A DNA stretch of 64,000 bases from Longimicrobiales bacterium (GTDB lineage: Bacteria; Gemmatimonadota; Gemmatimonadetes; Longimicrobiales; Gaopeijiaceae): contig CBDFIQ010000002.1 of the NCBI GenBank assembly GCA_965248195.1, positions 704,001 to 768,000 of the forward strand. The letters are read 5' to 3'. The position numbers and the translations under genes were made by a program. Below the pieces are notes generated by a model. The model had not been told where the DNA came from. It did no database searches and saw only the letters and a program-made list of their open reading frames with translations. Positions within the stretch are counted from its first letter, which is position 1. Each line of letters starts with the position of its first letter. Of this stretch, positions 37,504-47,965 are shown one piece after another.

Positions 37504-37926
37504 CATCGCGTCGGGGAAGAACAGCTTCGCGATCGTCCAGGAAGAGACGTTCGCTCCGATCCTTTACGTCATCGGGTACGGTGAGGCGTCGTCGTCCCGC
37601 AAGGAATCCGTAGACGAACTTTCCGCGGCGATGCAACTCCACAACAGTGTCCCCCAGGGCCTTTCCTCGGCGATTTTCACAGAGCACGTGAGAGAAGCGG
37701 AATTTTTTCTGTCGCATCGTGGGAGTGACTGCGGTATCGCCAACGTGAACATCGGGACCAGCGGCGCCGAAATCGGCGGCGCTTTCGGGGGCGAAAAGGA
37801 GACGGGTGGAGGGAGGGAGTCCGGCTCCGATGCCTGGAAGGCCTACATGCGGCGACAGACCAACACGGTCAATTGGAGCACTGAGCTGCCGTTGGCCCAG
37901 GGGATCGAGTTCGGTGGGTAGGGGGT

Positions 37927-37945
37927 GGTCCCCCCCCGGGGGACC
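37927..37945 (+). terminator. GC hairpin after the ALDH stop
   Basis: GGTCCCCC-ccc-GGGGGACC; no U-tract. Confidence 0.4.
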
Positions 37946-37985
37946 GATGAATCCTGTGGGGCGGTCGGACGTAGGGAGAGAAAGA

Positions 37986-38039
37986 AAGAGTGTAGTGTGG
38001 ATGAAGAGTGTAGTGTTGACGTTGAGTGAAGCGTGGATG
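37986..38039. repeat. Three imperfect 18-bp tandem repeats
   Basis: AAGAGTGTAGTGTGGATG / AAGAGTGTAGTGTTGACG / TTGAGTGAAGCGTGGATG. Confidence 0.7.
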
Positions 38040-38175
38040 TTGACGGGGATTGGGCGTCGGGCGCTAAGGAGCCCGATGCGATGAGGAGGTGAGTACGTGG
38101 CAAGCTGTAAGGGTACCACCAAGAAAGGAACACGCTGTCGGATGAACGCGCTGGAGGGCTCCGACTATTGTGTGA

Positions 38176-39551
38176 GGTCAAGTCCCGATTTGTGTGTAAA
38201 AGCGGAGGAAGCTCCTCGCCTTCGGCTAGGCTGCTTGGGCGACCTCCTGTTTCTGGAGGAGTGAGAGGTCGAGGTAACGCCGGTCGCCCCAGACGTGTGT
38301 GGTCCTGAGTGCGACGGCCGTGATGAGCCTGAGGGCGCTGGCCCGGTCCGGGAAGGCGCCGGCGGCCTTGATCCTGCGTTTGATCTCGCCGTGCAGCCGC
38401 TCGAGGCTGTTGGTGGTACGCAGCCGGGGCCAGTGCGCCTCGGGGAACGCGTAGAACTGCGTCGCTGCCCCGAAGCCCCGCTCCAGGACCTCCACGGCCT
38501 CGGGCAGCTCCTTCTTCCAGCGTGCGCCGAACTCGCCCAGGAGCTTCTTCGCCTCGGCGAGTCCGGATGTCTGGAAGATCACCGAGACCTCACGCGCCAC
38601 GCGCTTGCGTAGGCGGTGGGGGACCCTCGCCCCCACATTACGCTGCAGATGGACCGTACACCTCTGACGGCGTGCCTCGGGCAGGAAGCGGCGGACCGCA
38701 GCTGCCAGGCCTGCGTGCTCATCGGCGATCACGAGCTCGACACCGCCGAGGCCGCGGTCCTGGAGTTGCTCGAGGAGCTCCGACCAGCTCTGCTGCGACT
38801 CCTCAGCGCCCAGCGTGACGGCCAGGAGCCGTCGGTGACCCTCAGGGCCCACTGCATACGCCACGAGCGCACTCACGTTCTCGACTTTGCGGGCCCAGCG
38901 GGCGTCCAAGAACGTGGCGTCCAGGTACAGATAGGGGTGAGGCCCCTCGATCGGCGCACGGCGCAGCCCTTCCACGGCCTCGTCGAGCCGTTTTGCCACA
39001 CGACTCACCGTCGAGCGCCCAACACGCTCGCCCATCAGCGCCTCGGTGACGTCGCCCATCTTGCGCTGTGACACGCCGCTCACATACGCCTCGACCATCA
39101 TCTCGTCGAGCTCGGGGCTCCTGCGCTGGTAGCGGCCGATCACGTCGGCCGGCGAACCGTTGTCCCGGCTCCGGGGCATGGCGACCTCGATCTGCCCCAG
39201 GCTCGTCAGCAGCCGCCTCAGGTATGTGCCGTTCCTATGGTCCTTCCGGCTTCCCACCCGCTCGAAGCGGCGTGCACCTACCATGGCCTTCAGCTCCTCT
39301 TCCAGCACCATCTCGAGCGTCAGCCGGATCGCGCCTTGAAACAGCTCGCGCAAATCATCGCGTAGCTCGTCTTGCGTGGCCCGACCGATCTCCACAATCT
39401 CTTGCATCGGAAGCTCCTCTCCGGTTCCGAGCCTGCTCTGCAGACCCGGACTCCCGGGTTCATGTGACAGTGAACAACAACAGAGGAGCTTCCGTTTTTC
39501 TTTCCCTCCTGTCCAGCTTATCCGCTTTTACACAAATCTAGGGACACTACC
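38176..39551 (-). mobile_element. IS256-family insertion sequence, copy 2 (1376 bp)
   Basis: Same ends and same transposase translation as copy 1; 9-bp TSD ATTGTGTGA (38167-38175, 39552-39560). Confidence 0.95.
38226..39407 (-). CDS. IS256-family transposase
   Basis: 393-aa translation identical to 36178..37359. Confidence 0.96.
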   Translation of the reverse strand: MQEIVEIGRATQDELRDDLRELFQGAIRLTLEMVLEEELKAMVGARRFERVGSRKDHRNGTYLRRLLTSLGQIEVAMPRSRDNGSPADVIGRYQRRSPELDEMMVEAYVSGVSQRKMGDVTEALMGERVGRSTVSRVAKRLDEAVEGLRRAPIEGPHPYLYLDATFLDARWARKVENVSALVAYAVGPEGHRRLLAVTLGAEESQQSWSELLEQLQDRGLGGVELVIADEHAGLAAAVRRFLPEARRQRCTVHLQRNVGARVPHRLRKRVAREVSVIFQTSGLAEAKKLLGEFGARWKKELPEAVEVLERGFGAATQFYAFPEAHWPRLRTTNSLERLHGEIKRRIKAAGAFPDRASALRLITAVALRTTHVWGDRRYLDLSLLQKQEVAQAA

Positions 39552-39720
39552 ATTGTGTGATCCACATCACGCAGGATCCCGACGCACCTTCAGGCCGTGA
39601 GGCCATCGAAGAACTCGAGGGCCGGTTGAGTGAAACGGCGAAGACCGTCGTCGGGATCGCCATCGCTGCCGGGATAGTACTCACGGTCTTGATCAGGCGG
39701 CGTTAGAAGGCTCTGCGAGT

Positions 39721-42700
39721 TCAGTTAAGGGGGATCGGATCGATCCCCCGGTCGGCCAGGAGCCGGTTGAACGTTGCGACATCTTCTCTGATGGCCACCA
39801 TTTGGCGCTGGTAATCCCCCAACTCACTTCGGAGCATTTCGAAAACCTCCCGCGATTGATCCGTAGGCCGATCGTCGGTTCCGGTGATGTAACCGGCGAG
39901 GCTCGTGAGGCGGGCGTAAAGCCGCCTCGGCCAGCGGAGGATATCTTGGCGTGCGCTACCGCCGGTAAGGCGCACATCGAAGAGACGCATCTCCAGCTCG
40001 ACTAGTTCCGTTTCCAGGGTCCCACCGGCCTCGCGGATCTCTTCGACTGCGGCATGGTCGGCGTTGCGTTCCCGCACGAGCTGGGTCTGCGCCCGGATCC
40101 ACTCGATCTCGTCGATCACAGCCACCACGGAATCCACGGACTCGCGAATCTCCCGCACCATGCTCACTTGCTCCTGAATTTCCAGTTCGCTACCACCTGA
40201 GTTGGGGTCCTTCAAAAGCATCAGAGGCTGCCTGAACTCGAACCCCGCCGCATGAAGCGTGGCCGTGTAGGAACCGGGCGGAGCCAACGGCGTCACTCGG
40301 CTGCCCTCACCCGACGATCTAGAACCTTCAGCCGGCAACTCTACATGGGAGTGCTCCAACGGCTTGGTCCTGAGCGTCGGCGTGTCGGACGACGCCTCCT
40401 GAAGATCCCAGTGCACCCGATTGATCCCGGGACGGAGCAGGCCGGTCTCCAGGAGTTGGACCAACTGACCCCCCTCGTCGTGGATTTCGAGTCTTACGCC
40501 ATCCGCCGGGACCCTCTTGAGGTAGAACGAGATGGATGCGCCGTACGTCGGGTTGGTTCCAGCGCCGGGGTCCTCCGGTTGGCTCTGCGAGCGCTGTCGC
40601 GTGAGAAAGCGGTATGCGGTTCTCGGAGTGAACAGATGCGCCTCCGAGGCGATCACTTCCTCGGTCAGCTCTCGGAGAGGCGTGATATCGTCCATGATCC
40701 AAAAGCCCCGGCCATAAGTCGCGACCACCAGATCGTTGAAGTGGCCCTGGATCGTCAGATCATGGACGGGAGCCGGTGGCAAGTTATTCCGCATCCGGGT
40801 CCAGTTCCCCCCGTCATCCAGGGAGACATAGAGGGCGTTCTCGGTGCCGAGGTAGAGGAGGCCCGGCCGCACCGGGTCCTCCCGGATGACGTGGGCATAG
40901 CTGAACACGCTTCTCGGGATGGTCTGGCTCAGCGACGCCCATGAAATCCCGTAGTCCGTGGTCTTGTAGACGTAGGGCGCGGTGTCGCCCAGTTGATGGA
41001 GGTCCACCGTCAGGTAAGCCGTCCCGGCGTCGTGGGGAGACGGTTCGATATTGGAGATCGTGCCCCACGGGGGGAGGTCGGGGATGCTCTCCGTGACGTT
41101 CGTCCACGTCTGTCCCCCATCGCGCGAGAGGTGCACGAGCCCGTCGTTGGACCCGGTCCAGATCACGCCCTCTTGCCGCGGCGATTCCGCGATTGCGAAG
41201 AGAACGGCAGCGTAGGTGGGCCCCGCGTCGTCGGGAGTGAGTCCCCCGGTTTTTTGCTGTTTGGATTTATCGTTCGTCGTGAGGTCCGGGCTCAACGCTT
41301 CCCAGCTCTGGCCACCGTTCGTCGTCACGTGAACGTGCTGGCTACCGACGTAGATACGCTCATGGTCATGCGGTGAAATGTGGATGGGGAAGGTCCACTG
41401 GAAGCGGTATCGCAGCTCACCAGCGGCCCATCCCTCGGCATTGGCCGGCCACACGCTCACCCTGCGGGCCAGTCCTAACCGGTGATCGTATCGCGAGAGA
41501 ATCCCGTCGTAACACCCGGCCCACACGATGTTGGGTTCCACCGGGTCGGGCACCGAGAACCCGGTCTCGCAACCTCCCACGGACCGCCACTCCCCGATGG
41601 AAATCCCGCTGCTCCTCAGCGAATTGCTGGGGCCCATCTGCGTCGCGCCGTCCTGGCGGTTGCCGTACACCTGATAGGGGATCCGTGTGTCGGTATTCAC
41701 ATGGTACATCTGTGCGATCGGGAGCCGGGGTCGCCACCAGCTCATGCCCCGATCGGTGGAGATACTCAAACCCCCGTCGTGACCGACGATCATCCGGTCC
41801 GGGATGAGCGGGTCGATCCACATATCGTGACTGTCGACGCCGGGGTCTCCAACGGAATAATCTTCGCCGCCGTTCAGAGATCGGCTGTAGCGCGTTGAGA
41901 GAAAGTGGACTTCGTCGGGTTCGTCGGGAGCCGCCACGACACGGCTGTAGTAAAGAGGGCGTTGAGCGAGCGTGTGATCGGCGTTGACCATGCTCCAGCT
42001 GGCGCCCCCGTCGTCCGATCGCCACAGGACTCCCTCGTGTTCGTCGAGGGGCTCGTAATCACGATTCGAGTTCGTCTCGATGAGGGCGTAAATGCGGTCC
42101 GAATCCGAGGCGGTCATGGCGAGCCCGATCTTGCCCATGGTACCACTCGGAAGCCCCCGCCCTTCCAGGCGCTCCCAGCTGTCGCCCGCGTCGCGGGACA
42201 TGTAGATCCCACTTCCGGGGCCCCCACTCCAACGGCCCCAGGTCCGGATGAACATCTGCCAGGTGGCCGCAAACAGAATCTGCGGGTTATTGGGGTCCAT
42301 CACGACGTCCACGCCTCCGGTGTTCTCGTCCACGAAGAGGACCCGTTCCCAGGAGTCGCCGCCGTCGGTGGTGCGAAAGATCCCTCTTTCCTCCTGTGGG
42401 CCATAGAGGTGGCCAAGGGCCGCGGCGTACACGATGTCGGGATCGGTGGGGTGCACGATCACCCGCCCGATCCGGCCGGTTGCCGAAAGGCCCTTGTGCT
42501 CCCAGGTGGTGCCGCCATCCGTCGATCTGTAGACACCGTCGCCGATCGAGACATTGCTACGGATGAATGGCTCTCCGGTGCCGACCCAGATCACGTTGTC
42601 GGCGGAGGGTGCGATGGCGATCGCGCCGATCGACGCGGCGTCCTGTTCATCGAACATCGGGGTCCACTGGTGGCCCCCGTCCGTGGAACGGAAGACCCCC

Positions 42701-42936
42701 CCGGACGCTGCACCGAAGTAGTACGTGTTGGGATCTCCGGGAACGCCCGTGACGGCGCTCACGCGGTTGCCCACCGGCCCGATGTGTCTGTAGGGTAGGC
42801 CTGAAAGGATATCCGAAGGGGTGATTTGTGATTTAGCGGGTGAGGCGGTCCAGGTGGACAGAACGGCGAAGACACTGAGCACCCTGATCGTTCCCCTGAG
42901 TCGGGAACGGCAGAGGCCGTTCGAGCGACGCCGCAT
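39721..42936 (-). CDS. Exported VPS10/sortilin-like BNR (Asp-box) repeat protein, putative glycosyl hydrolase
   Basis: Many S/TxDGGxxW Asp boxes; YRHIGP.GNRV, RYRFQWTFPI, DLVVATYGRGFWIMDD; ATG 42936 after GAGG. Confidence 0.88.
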   Translation of the reverse strand: MRRRSNGLCRSRLRGTIRVLSVFAVLSTWTASPAKSQITPSDILSGLPYRHIGPVGNRVSAVTGVPGDPNTYYFGAASGGVFRSTDGGHQWTPMFDEQDAASIGAIAIAPSADNVIWVGTGEPFIRSNVSIGDGVYRSTDGGTTWEHKGLSATGRIGRVIVHPTDPDIVYAAALGHLYGPQEERGIFRTTDGGDSWERVLFVDENTGGVDVVMDPNNPQILFAATWQMFIRTWGRWSGGPGSGIYMSRDAGDSWERLEGRGLPSGTMGKIGLAMTASDSDRIYALIETNSNRDYEPLDEHEGVLWRSDDGGASWSMVNADHTLAQRPLYYSRVVAAPDEPDEVHFLSTRYSRSLNGGEDYSVGDPGVDSHDMWIDPLIPDRMIVGHDGGLSISTDRGMSWWRPRLPIAQMYHVNTDTRIPYQVYGNRQDGATQMGPSNSLRSSGISIGEWRSVGGCETGFSVPDPVEPNIVWAGCYDGILSRYDHRLGLARRVSVWPANAEGWAAGELRYRFQWTFPIHISPHDHERIYVGSQHVHVTTNGGQSWEALSPDLTTNDKSKQQKTGGLTPDDAGPTYAAVLFAIAESPRQEGVIWTGSNDGLVHLSRDGGQTWTNVTESIPDLPPWGTISNIEPSPHDAGTAYLTVDLHQLGDTAPYVYKTTDYGISWASLSQTIPRSVFSYAHVIREDPVRPGLLYLGTENALYVSLDDGGNWTRMRNNLPPAPVHDLTIQGHFNDLVVATYGRGFWIMDDITPLRELTEEVIASEAHLFTPRTAYRFLTRQRSQSQPEDPGAGTNPTYGASISFYLKRVPADGVRLEIHDEGGQLVQLLETGLLRPGINRVHWDLQEASSDTPTLRTKPLEHSHVELPAEGSRSSGEGSRVTPLAPPGSYTATLHAAGFEFRQPLMLLKDPNSGGSELEIQEQVSMVREIRESVDSVVAVIDEIEWIRAQTQLVRERNADHAAVEEIREAGGTLETELVELEMRLFDVRLTGGSARQDILRWPRRLYARLTSLAGYITGTDDRPTDQSREVFEMLRSELGDYQRQMVAIREDVATFNRLLADRGIDPIPLN

Positions 42937-42946
42937 TTGATCCTCG

Positions 42947-43009
42947 TCGGGAAAGGGCCTGGGCCGATCGGGAAAGGTCCTGGGCCGGTCGGAAAACGGG
43001 ACCGGCCCC
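42947..43009. repeat. Three imperfect 21-bp tandem repeats upstream of the VPS10-like gene
   Basis: TCGGGAAAGGGCCTGGGCCGA / TCGGGAAAGGTCCTGGGCCGG / TCGGAAAACGGGACCGGCCCC. Confidence 0.75.
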
Positions 43010-43111
43010 GCTGCCATCGCACGTCGGGAGCGACCCGTGCGGAAGGATTCTAGCGGGATTGCAGGACTCGGGACAACGGCCTCGAGGACGCGCTCGAGTC
43101 GCCTCGGGTGG

Positions 43112-44277
43112 CTATTTCATTCGAGCCGCCTCGGTCCGCCGCTCCCCGAGAGTCCTCCACCTGAAGCGGGACTCCCAAGCGTTCGCCTTCCCCTCGACTC
43201 TGTCGGAGATCACGGATCCGATAAGCGGCGCGAACTTGAACCCATGGCCGCTGCCTCCGGTGGCGACCAGAAGTCCTTCGCGGTTGGGGTCCCAGTCGAT
43301 CCAGAAGTCCCCGTCCCAGGAGTCGCAATAGAGGCAGAGGCGTCGCCGGATAATTTGCGAGCCTGCAAGGCTGGGAAACGTATCTGCAAGAAAGTCTGCA
43401 AAGACCTCGTCCGCCTCGGCCGGAACGATCTTTTCTCCCCTTGGATCAACCGGGACACCACTTCCGTGGTTGGCAACCTTCACGGTGCCGTCCGGCTGCG
43501 CTGGAAAGCCGCACCAGCCGGTGTTTCTGATATCTGCCGCCCAAGGGGGAAACCGCTTTGGCTGGTACGGCTCGGGATCGGCCGGCTTGAAGTAGTAAAC
43601 GGGCTGACCCACGCACCGGAGCGCGTCACCCATCCATGGCAGTAGTGTCGGAGTCCAGGCACCGGCTGCTATGACCACGATTTCAGACCGATGCTTCGCG
43701 CCGCGGTCCGTCACGATCCCGGCGACGCGAGATCCCTCCTCCAGCAGCGCCTCATCCTCTCCCCCTCCCTCAGGATGACGCCCGCCTCACACGCCAGAGT
43801 GAGCAGCCACGCCACGACGTTACCGCTCTCCGCCCATCCGGCGTTCGGATTGAAGTAGCCGTCCGGGTACAGGCTCGATGTCCAGGCAGGGAACCGTCTT
43901 CGGAGACGCTCGCCGTCCATCCGTTCGACATTCTGGCGGAGAGACCTCATGATCTCACGGCTATCATGCTCGAATCCACCGGGTCGCATCCTTTCACTTG
44001 CGAGAATCAAGAAGCCGGTTTCGTGATAAAGCGTACGCCCGGCCTTGGCATTCCAGCGGTGCCACTCCCCGATACAATCCAGGGCGAAGCGGGCGTAAAA
44101 AGCGTCTCCGCCATAGTCGGCTCTTATGATCTTGCTGACATCGGTCGACGAAGCTTCGGGGTGAGGCAGGGGGCTGGGGTCCACCAACATGACGGAGTGG
44201 CCCCGAAGCCGGAGTTCGAGCGCGGCACTCGCTCCGAAGACCCCCGCACCAACGACGAGGATATTGCTAGCTTTCAT
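43112..44277 (-). pseudogene. FAD-dependent amine oxidase (sarcosine / pipecolate / fructosyl-amino acid oxidase family), frameshifted at about 43752
   Basis: VVGAGVFG, ASSTDVSKIIRADYG in 5' frame; ALLEEGSRVAGIVT, IAAGAW, CLYCD, GGSGHGFKFAP in 3' frame; one base missing near ATG-AG-GCG. Confidence 0.88.
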
Positions 44278-44330
44278 CCTCAGCACCCTAGTGTGGCGTT
44301 CCAGAAGTATCTCGCAGGGTTTCAGCCAGG

Positions 44331-44370
44331 GCAACACGCAAACGAGAATTCTGACAGCCGCCGACGTGCG
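44331..44370 (+). repeat. Diverged copy of the 5' end of the cyclodeaminase gene (matches 47961-48000)
   Basis: 35 of 40 nt identical by eye; ATG changed to ACG. Confidence 0.8.
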
Positions 44371-44597
44371 CTGCTGGGATTCAGGGCGTCGCCGGTTCGA
44401 ATCCGACCGTGCCGACTTGAGGGAAGATAAGGCCCGGTAACGTCTTATGGCGCTACTGGCGTGGGGATCTGAGGCGCATCACGAACCGCAGAAGCTTGAT
44501 GACGCGCACGGACTCACCGTTAGGCTGACGTTGCCAGCGCCGGGGGTCGGATGAGAACACTTGCAATTCGGCGGAACTTAGGCGCATTTTGTGCGCC

Positions 44598-44729
44598 ATG
44601 TCCCATCACCTGTCCCGCCTGAAACTCGCCCTCGAAGGCCGCTACGCCATCGAACGTGAACTCGGCGAGGGTGGCATGGCCACGGCTAAACACGGGCTCC
44701 TCCATAGGAGGGCACCTTGGCCATTCTAA
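44598..44729 (+). pseudogene. N-terminal remnant of a Ser/Thr kinase
   Basis: MSHHLSRLKLALEGRYAIERELGEGGMAT, then loss of homology and stop at 44729. Confidence 0.8.
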
Positions 44730-47030
44730 AAGGCACCGAGGTCGGTCCATACGTCGTCGACCATTTCATCGATGCCGGGGGGATGGGCGAGGTCTACAGT
44801 GCGACCGACCCGTGACTTGGCCGGAGGGTCGCGATCAAGGTTCTTCCGTCCGAGTTGGCCGAGAAGGAAGAGCACCGTCGCCGATTCGAGCGAGAGATCA
44901 AAGCGATTTCACGCCTCAGCCACCGGAACATCTGCACCGTTTATGATACGGGTCTGCACGACGGGCGCCCCTTCATCGTCATGGAGTACCTGGAGGGTCG
45001 AACCCTCGAGGCTGTCCTTGGCGCTGGATGGATCAAGACGGAACAGCTTCTAGACGTGGCGATCCAGGTCGTGGCCGCCCTGGACGCGGCACATCGCGAG
45101 GGCATCGTCCACCGCGACATCAAGACGGCGAACATCATTCTGAATGACCGTGGTGATATCAAGGTCCTGGATTTCGGGATCGCGAAGGCCGTGCCGTCTG
45201 GATATAGCGGGAGGCTGACCGGTGGGCAGCTCACCAGCGATGGTATGCCTCTGGGCACATTGATGTTCATGTCACCGGAGCAGGCTTCCGGAGGCGAGGT
45301 GGATGCTCGCTCGGACCTGTTTTCCACAGGCCTGGTCCTTTATGAGATGGCCACCGGTCAACTTCCGTACGAGGGCCCGGGGGCGGTGATCCTGAGCCAG
45401 CTGGTTTCCACAGAGCCCGTTCCCCGGCCCGTCTTGCTGAAGCCCGCGATCCCGCCGGAGCTCGATCGAATCATCTGCCGTGCCCTCGAGAAGGATGCGG
45501 GAATGCGGTACCAGACGGCCGGGGATATGCTGGCCGCCCTGAGGGCTTTTAGGCGGGATTTTACGACGGGCTCAAGACCGCAGACTGGAACGCCGCCGTC
45601 GGCAGGCGGCGCTCCCCCTCTCGCTGCGGTTCGGTGGCTCACATGGAGTCGCGGAGTTGCATTACTCATAGCGGTGGCTGCCCTCGGAACCGCGTGGCTC
45701 GGCTTCGGGCAGTGGTTCGGTGGAGTGGGAGTCATCCGGAGTATCGCCGTACTCCCGTGCACCGATCCCTTGGGAGAACCCCAGTGGGATTACTTCTGCG
45801 ATCTCATGGCAGAGCGGGTCCGGGCCCGCATCAACGCGATCCCAGACGTTTCCGTCGCCTCTCCACTGGAAATCCAAACCTTCGCTGGGCGCGGCCTCGC
45901 GGAGGTCGAGATCGGCCGGGGACTGGGCGTGGACGGCGTGCTTGTTACCCGGTTGGCGAGGCAGGGGGAACAGCTCACGGTGATCGTGGAACTCACCGAC
46001 GTCCGCACGGGAGAGTACAAGTGGGGCGATTCTTTCGAAAGCGGCCCGAACGGTGAGGAGGCACTGCACGCTCGCCTTGCTCTCCGTGTGGTCCAGGGCC
46101 TGGAGCTGGAGTTAAGCGCCGCGGAGCAAGAACGAGTGCGGCTGGCGCAGCTCCTCAACGACGCGGAAATTTACGCGAGCGAGCGAACCCGTGATGGCCT
46201 TTTGAGTGCAATCGCGACGTACGAGGAGATCATTGCCGTGGACCTCGGGTTCGGACAGGCCTTCGCGGGGATGGCGATGGCTTGGGTCCTCACGCCTTAT
46301 TATGCTGGGACCGCCCCATCCGACGCCTATCCCAATGCGATAAATGCCGCGGATCGTGCGATTGAGATCGACCCGCGTAACGCCGACGCCCATGCTGCCA
46401 AGGGCTTGGCTGCCCGGGATTTCACAAGGAACTGGGTAGAGGCAGAGCGACATTTCCAGCGAGCCTTAGAGTTGGAGCCGAACGCGGGGCAGGCCCTCCA
46501 GTGGTACGCGGAACTACTCGCCGGACTCTCTCGGTTCGACGAGGCACTACAGAGGATCAGGCAGGCGAGAGCAGCGATGCCGCCGTCGCTCCGCCTCACG
46601 GCCGAGGCGGTGGAGGGTTGGATTCTGCTTTGCGCTGGCGAGGTGGACCAGGCAAGGGAGATGCTCCTCTCAACTAGGGCCAAGAATCCCGAATTCCCGC
46701 TGTCCAATTGGTTTCTCGGGCAGCTCCATATTTCCGAAGGCGATTACCCTGCCGCGATCTCGGCGTTCGCGACGGCCGCGGAATCCCCAGACGGGTTCAG
46801 CCGGATGGTAGCGGATCTAGCCAGCGCTTATGCTTTGAACGGTCAGAGGGATGAGGCTGAGGAGTTCTTAGCAGAGCTGGAGACCAGGAGCGTCTCTGCG
46901 TATGAATACGCCGTTGTACATGCCGCCATGGGCGAATCCGATCAGGCGATCCGCCGACTTCAGGAGGCCATCGAAGACGACCAGACCTGGCAAGTCGTCA
47001 ACATGGGGATCGATCCCATGCTGGAGCCCC
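44717..47030 (+). pseudogene. Ser/Thr kinase + TM + TolB-N-like + TPR protein with internal stop and truncated C-terminus
   Basis: AGGAGG + TTG 44717; GGMGEVY..TDP-TGA(44813)-LGRRVAIK; HRDIKTAN, DFG, MSPEQ; SIAVLP; TPRs; homology appears to end at IDPMLEP. Confidence 0.85.
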
Positions 47031-47858
47031 ATGGCACGAGCGGACCAGGTCCTTCCTCAGGGGCTGAACGCCCTCAGGGCGGACTTGGGCGAAGGCTCTC
47101 GCGTTGCAATCATCAGCCTCGGGCCGGGAGACGGGGCATTCGATGCCCGGATCGTCGAGGAGTTGATGGATCAGGTCGAGGTGGACTCATACTGCGGGCT
47201 GGACTTCTCGTTCGAGTTGCTCCGTCAAGCCGTACATCGAGTCTCAGAGGCTGTCGGCACAAATGGGCAATTCCCAATCAGGGCAATCTGCGGGGATTTC
47301 ACAGATGCGAGCACGTATGCGTCCTCTGAGCGTTCTTCGGACCTGGTAAGGCTCTTCGCCCTCACCGGGTTCACACTCGGGAACTATTCCGAACAGGACC
47401 TCGTGGGGCAGATCAAGCTGATGATGGATGAGGGCGACTACCTTTTCCTCGATGCCCGACTGCACGGGTTCGGTACTGACCTGGATCGAGTCACGGATCC
47501 CGGCAGCCGGCCTGAATCGATGGTATCGAGCTACGACTTGCCTAGTGTGCGTCGGTTCGTCTTTGGGCCCGCTGAGGTAGCGACTCATGCGACTGCGGAC
47601 GATGTCGAGATCGACTTCGAGATCGTCCGCCGACGAACCTCGGTCCCAAATGCCCTCAACATGCTTATCCACTGCCGCGACCTCCACACAACGATGCGGC
47701 TGACAGGCCAACCGGTACGGCGGAGCCGCCTCGACCTGGCCTCCACAACGTCGTACAACCTCCCCGATCTGAGTTCCTGGTTTGAGGAGCAGGGGTTCTC
47801 GACTGTGTGGCAGGCGGCGAACGGCGACATCGCGTTCTTTCTCCTGAGACGGAACTAG
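47031..47858 (+). CDS. SAM-dependent methyltransferase, EgtD / Methyltransf_33-like, probably N-terminally truncated
   Basis: IISLGPGDG, GLDFSFELL, ICGDF, GFTLGNY, GDYLFLD; begins at the kinase breakpoint without a clear RBS. Confidence 0.65.
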   Translation: MARADQVLPQGLNALRADLGEGSRVAIISLGPGDGAFDARIVEELMDQVEVDSYCGLDFSFELLRQAVHRVSEAVGTNGQFPIRAICGDFTDASTYASSERSSDLVRLFALTGFTLGNYSEQDLVGQIKLMMDEGDYLFLDARLHGFGTDLDRVTDPGSRPESMVSSYDLPSVRRFVFGPAEVATHATADDVEIDFEIVRRRTSVPNALNMLIHCRDLHTTMRLTGQPVRRSRLDLASTTSYNLPDLSSWFEEQGFSTVWQAANGDIAFFLLRRN

Positions 47859-47965
47859 AGGGCCTCGCACTCCAGCAGCTGCAGCCGGATCAGAGCGATT
47901 GATCGGCGGGATTCGCAACTTTCTTCCTGGCGTTCCCGCTGTGAACTTTCCTTGGCCGGTGCAAC

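Larger units (their letters stand above)
34981..37921 (+). pseudogene. ALDH7 / piperideine-6-carboxylate dehydrogenase-like aldehyde dehydrogenase interrupted by IS256
   Basis: GEVQEMIDICD, ISAFNFP, LELGGNN, GTAGQRCT; C-terminus EETFAPILY...[23 protein letters not shown] after the IS; removing IS plus one TSD restores a 518-aa frame. Confidence 0.92.
38097..39706 (+). pseudogene. 74-aa CCCH zinc-finger (DUF5763-like) protein with C-terminal TM helix, interrupted by IS256 copy 2
   Basis: GAGGAGGT RBS, GTG 38097; reconstructed MASCKGTTKKGTRCRMNALEGSDYCVIH...VVGIAIAAGIVLTVLIRRR. Confidence 0.85.

Noticed and set aside
36128..39551. Composite transposon formed by the two IS256 copies
   Set aside because: Each copy has its own TSD and the DNA between is native (ALDH 3' end and zinc-finger gene 5' end)
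44813..44815. In-frame TGA in the kinase as a second selenocysteine
   Set aside because: Position corresponds to Arg in DPRLGR, not a Cys; simple CGA to TGA change in an otherwise damaged gene
47031..47858. Ergothioneine biosynthesis cluster
   Set aside because: EgtD-like domain appears truncated and no egtB-like gene is in the window
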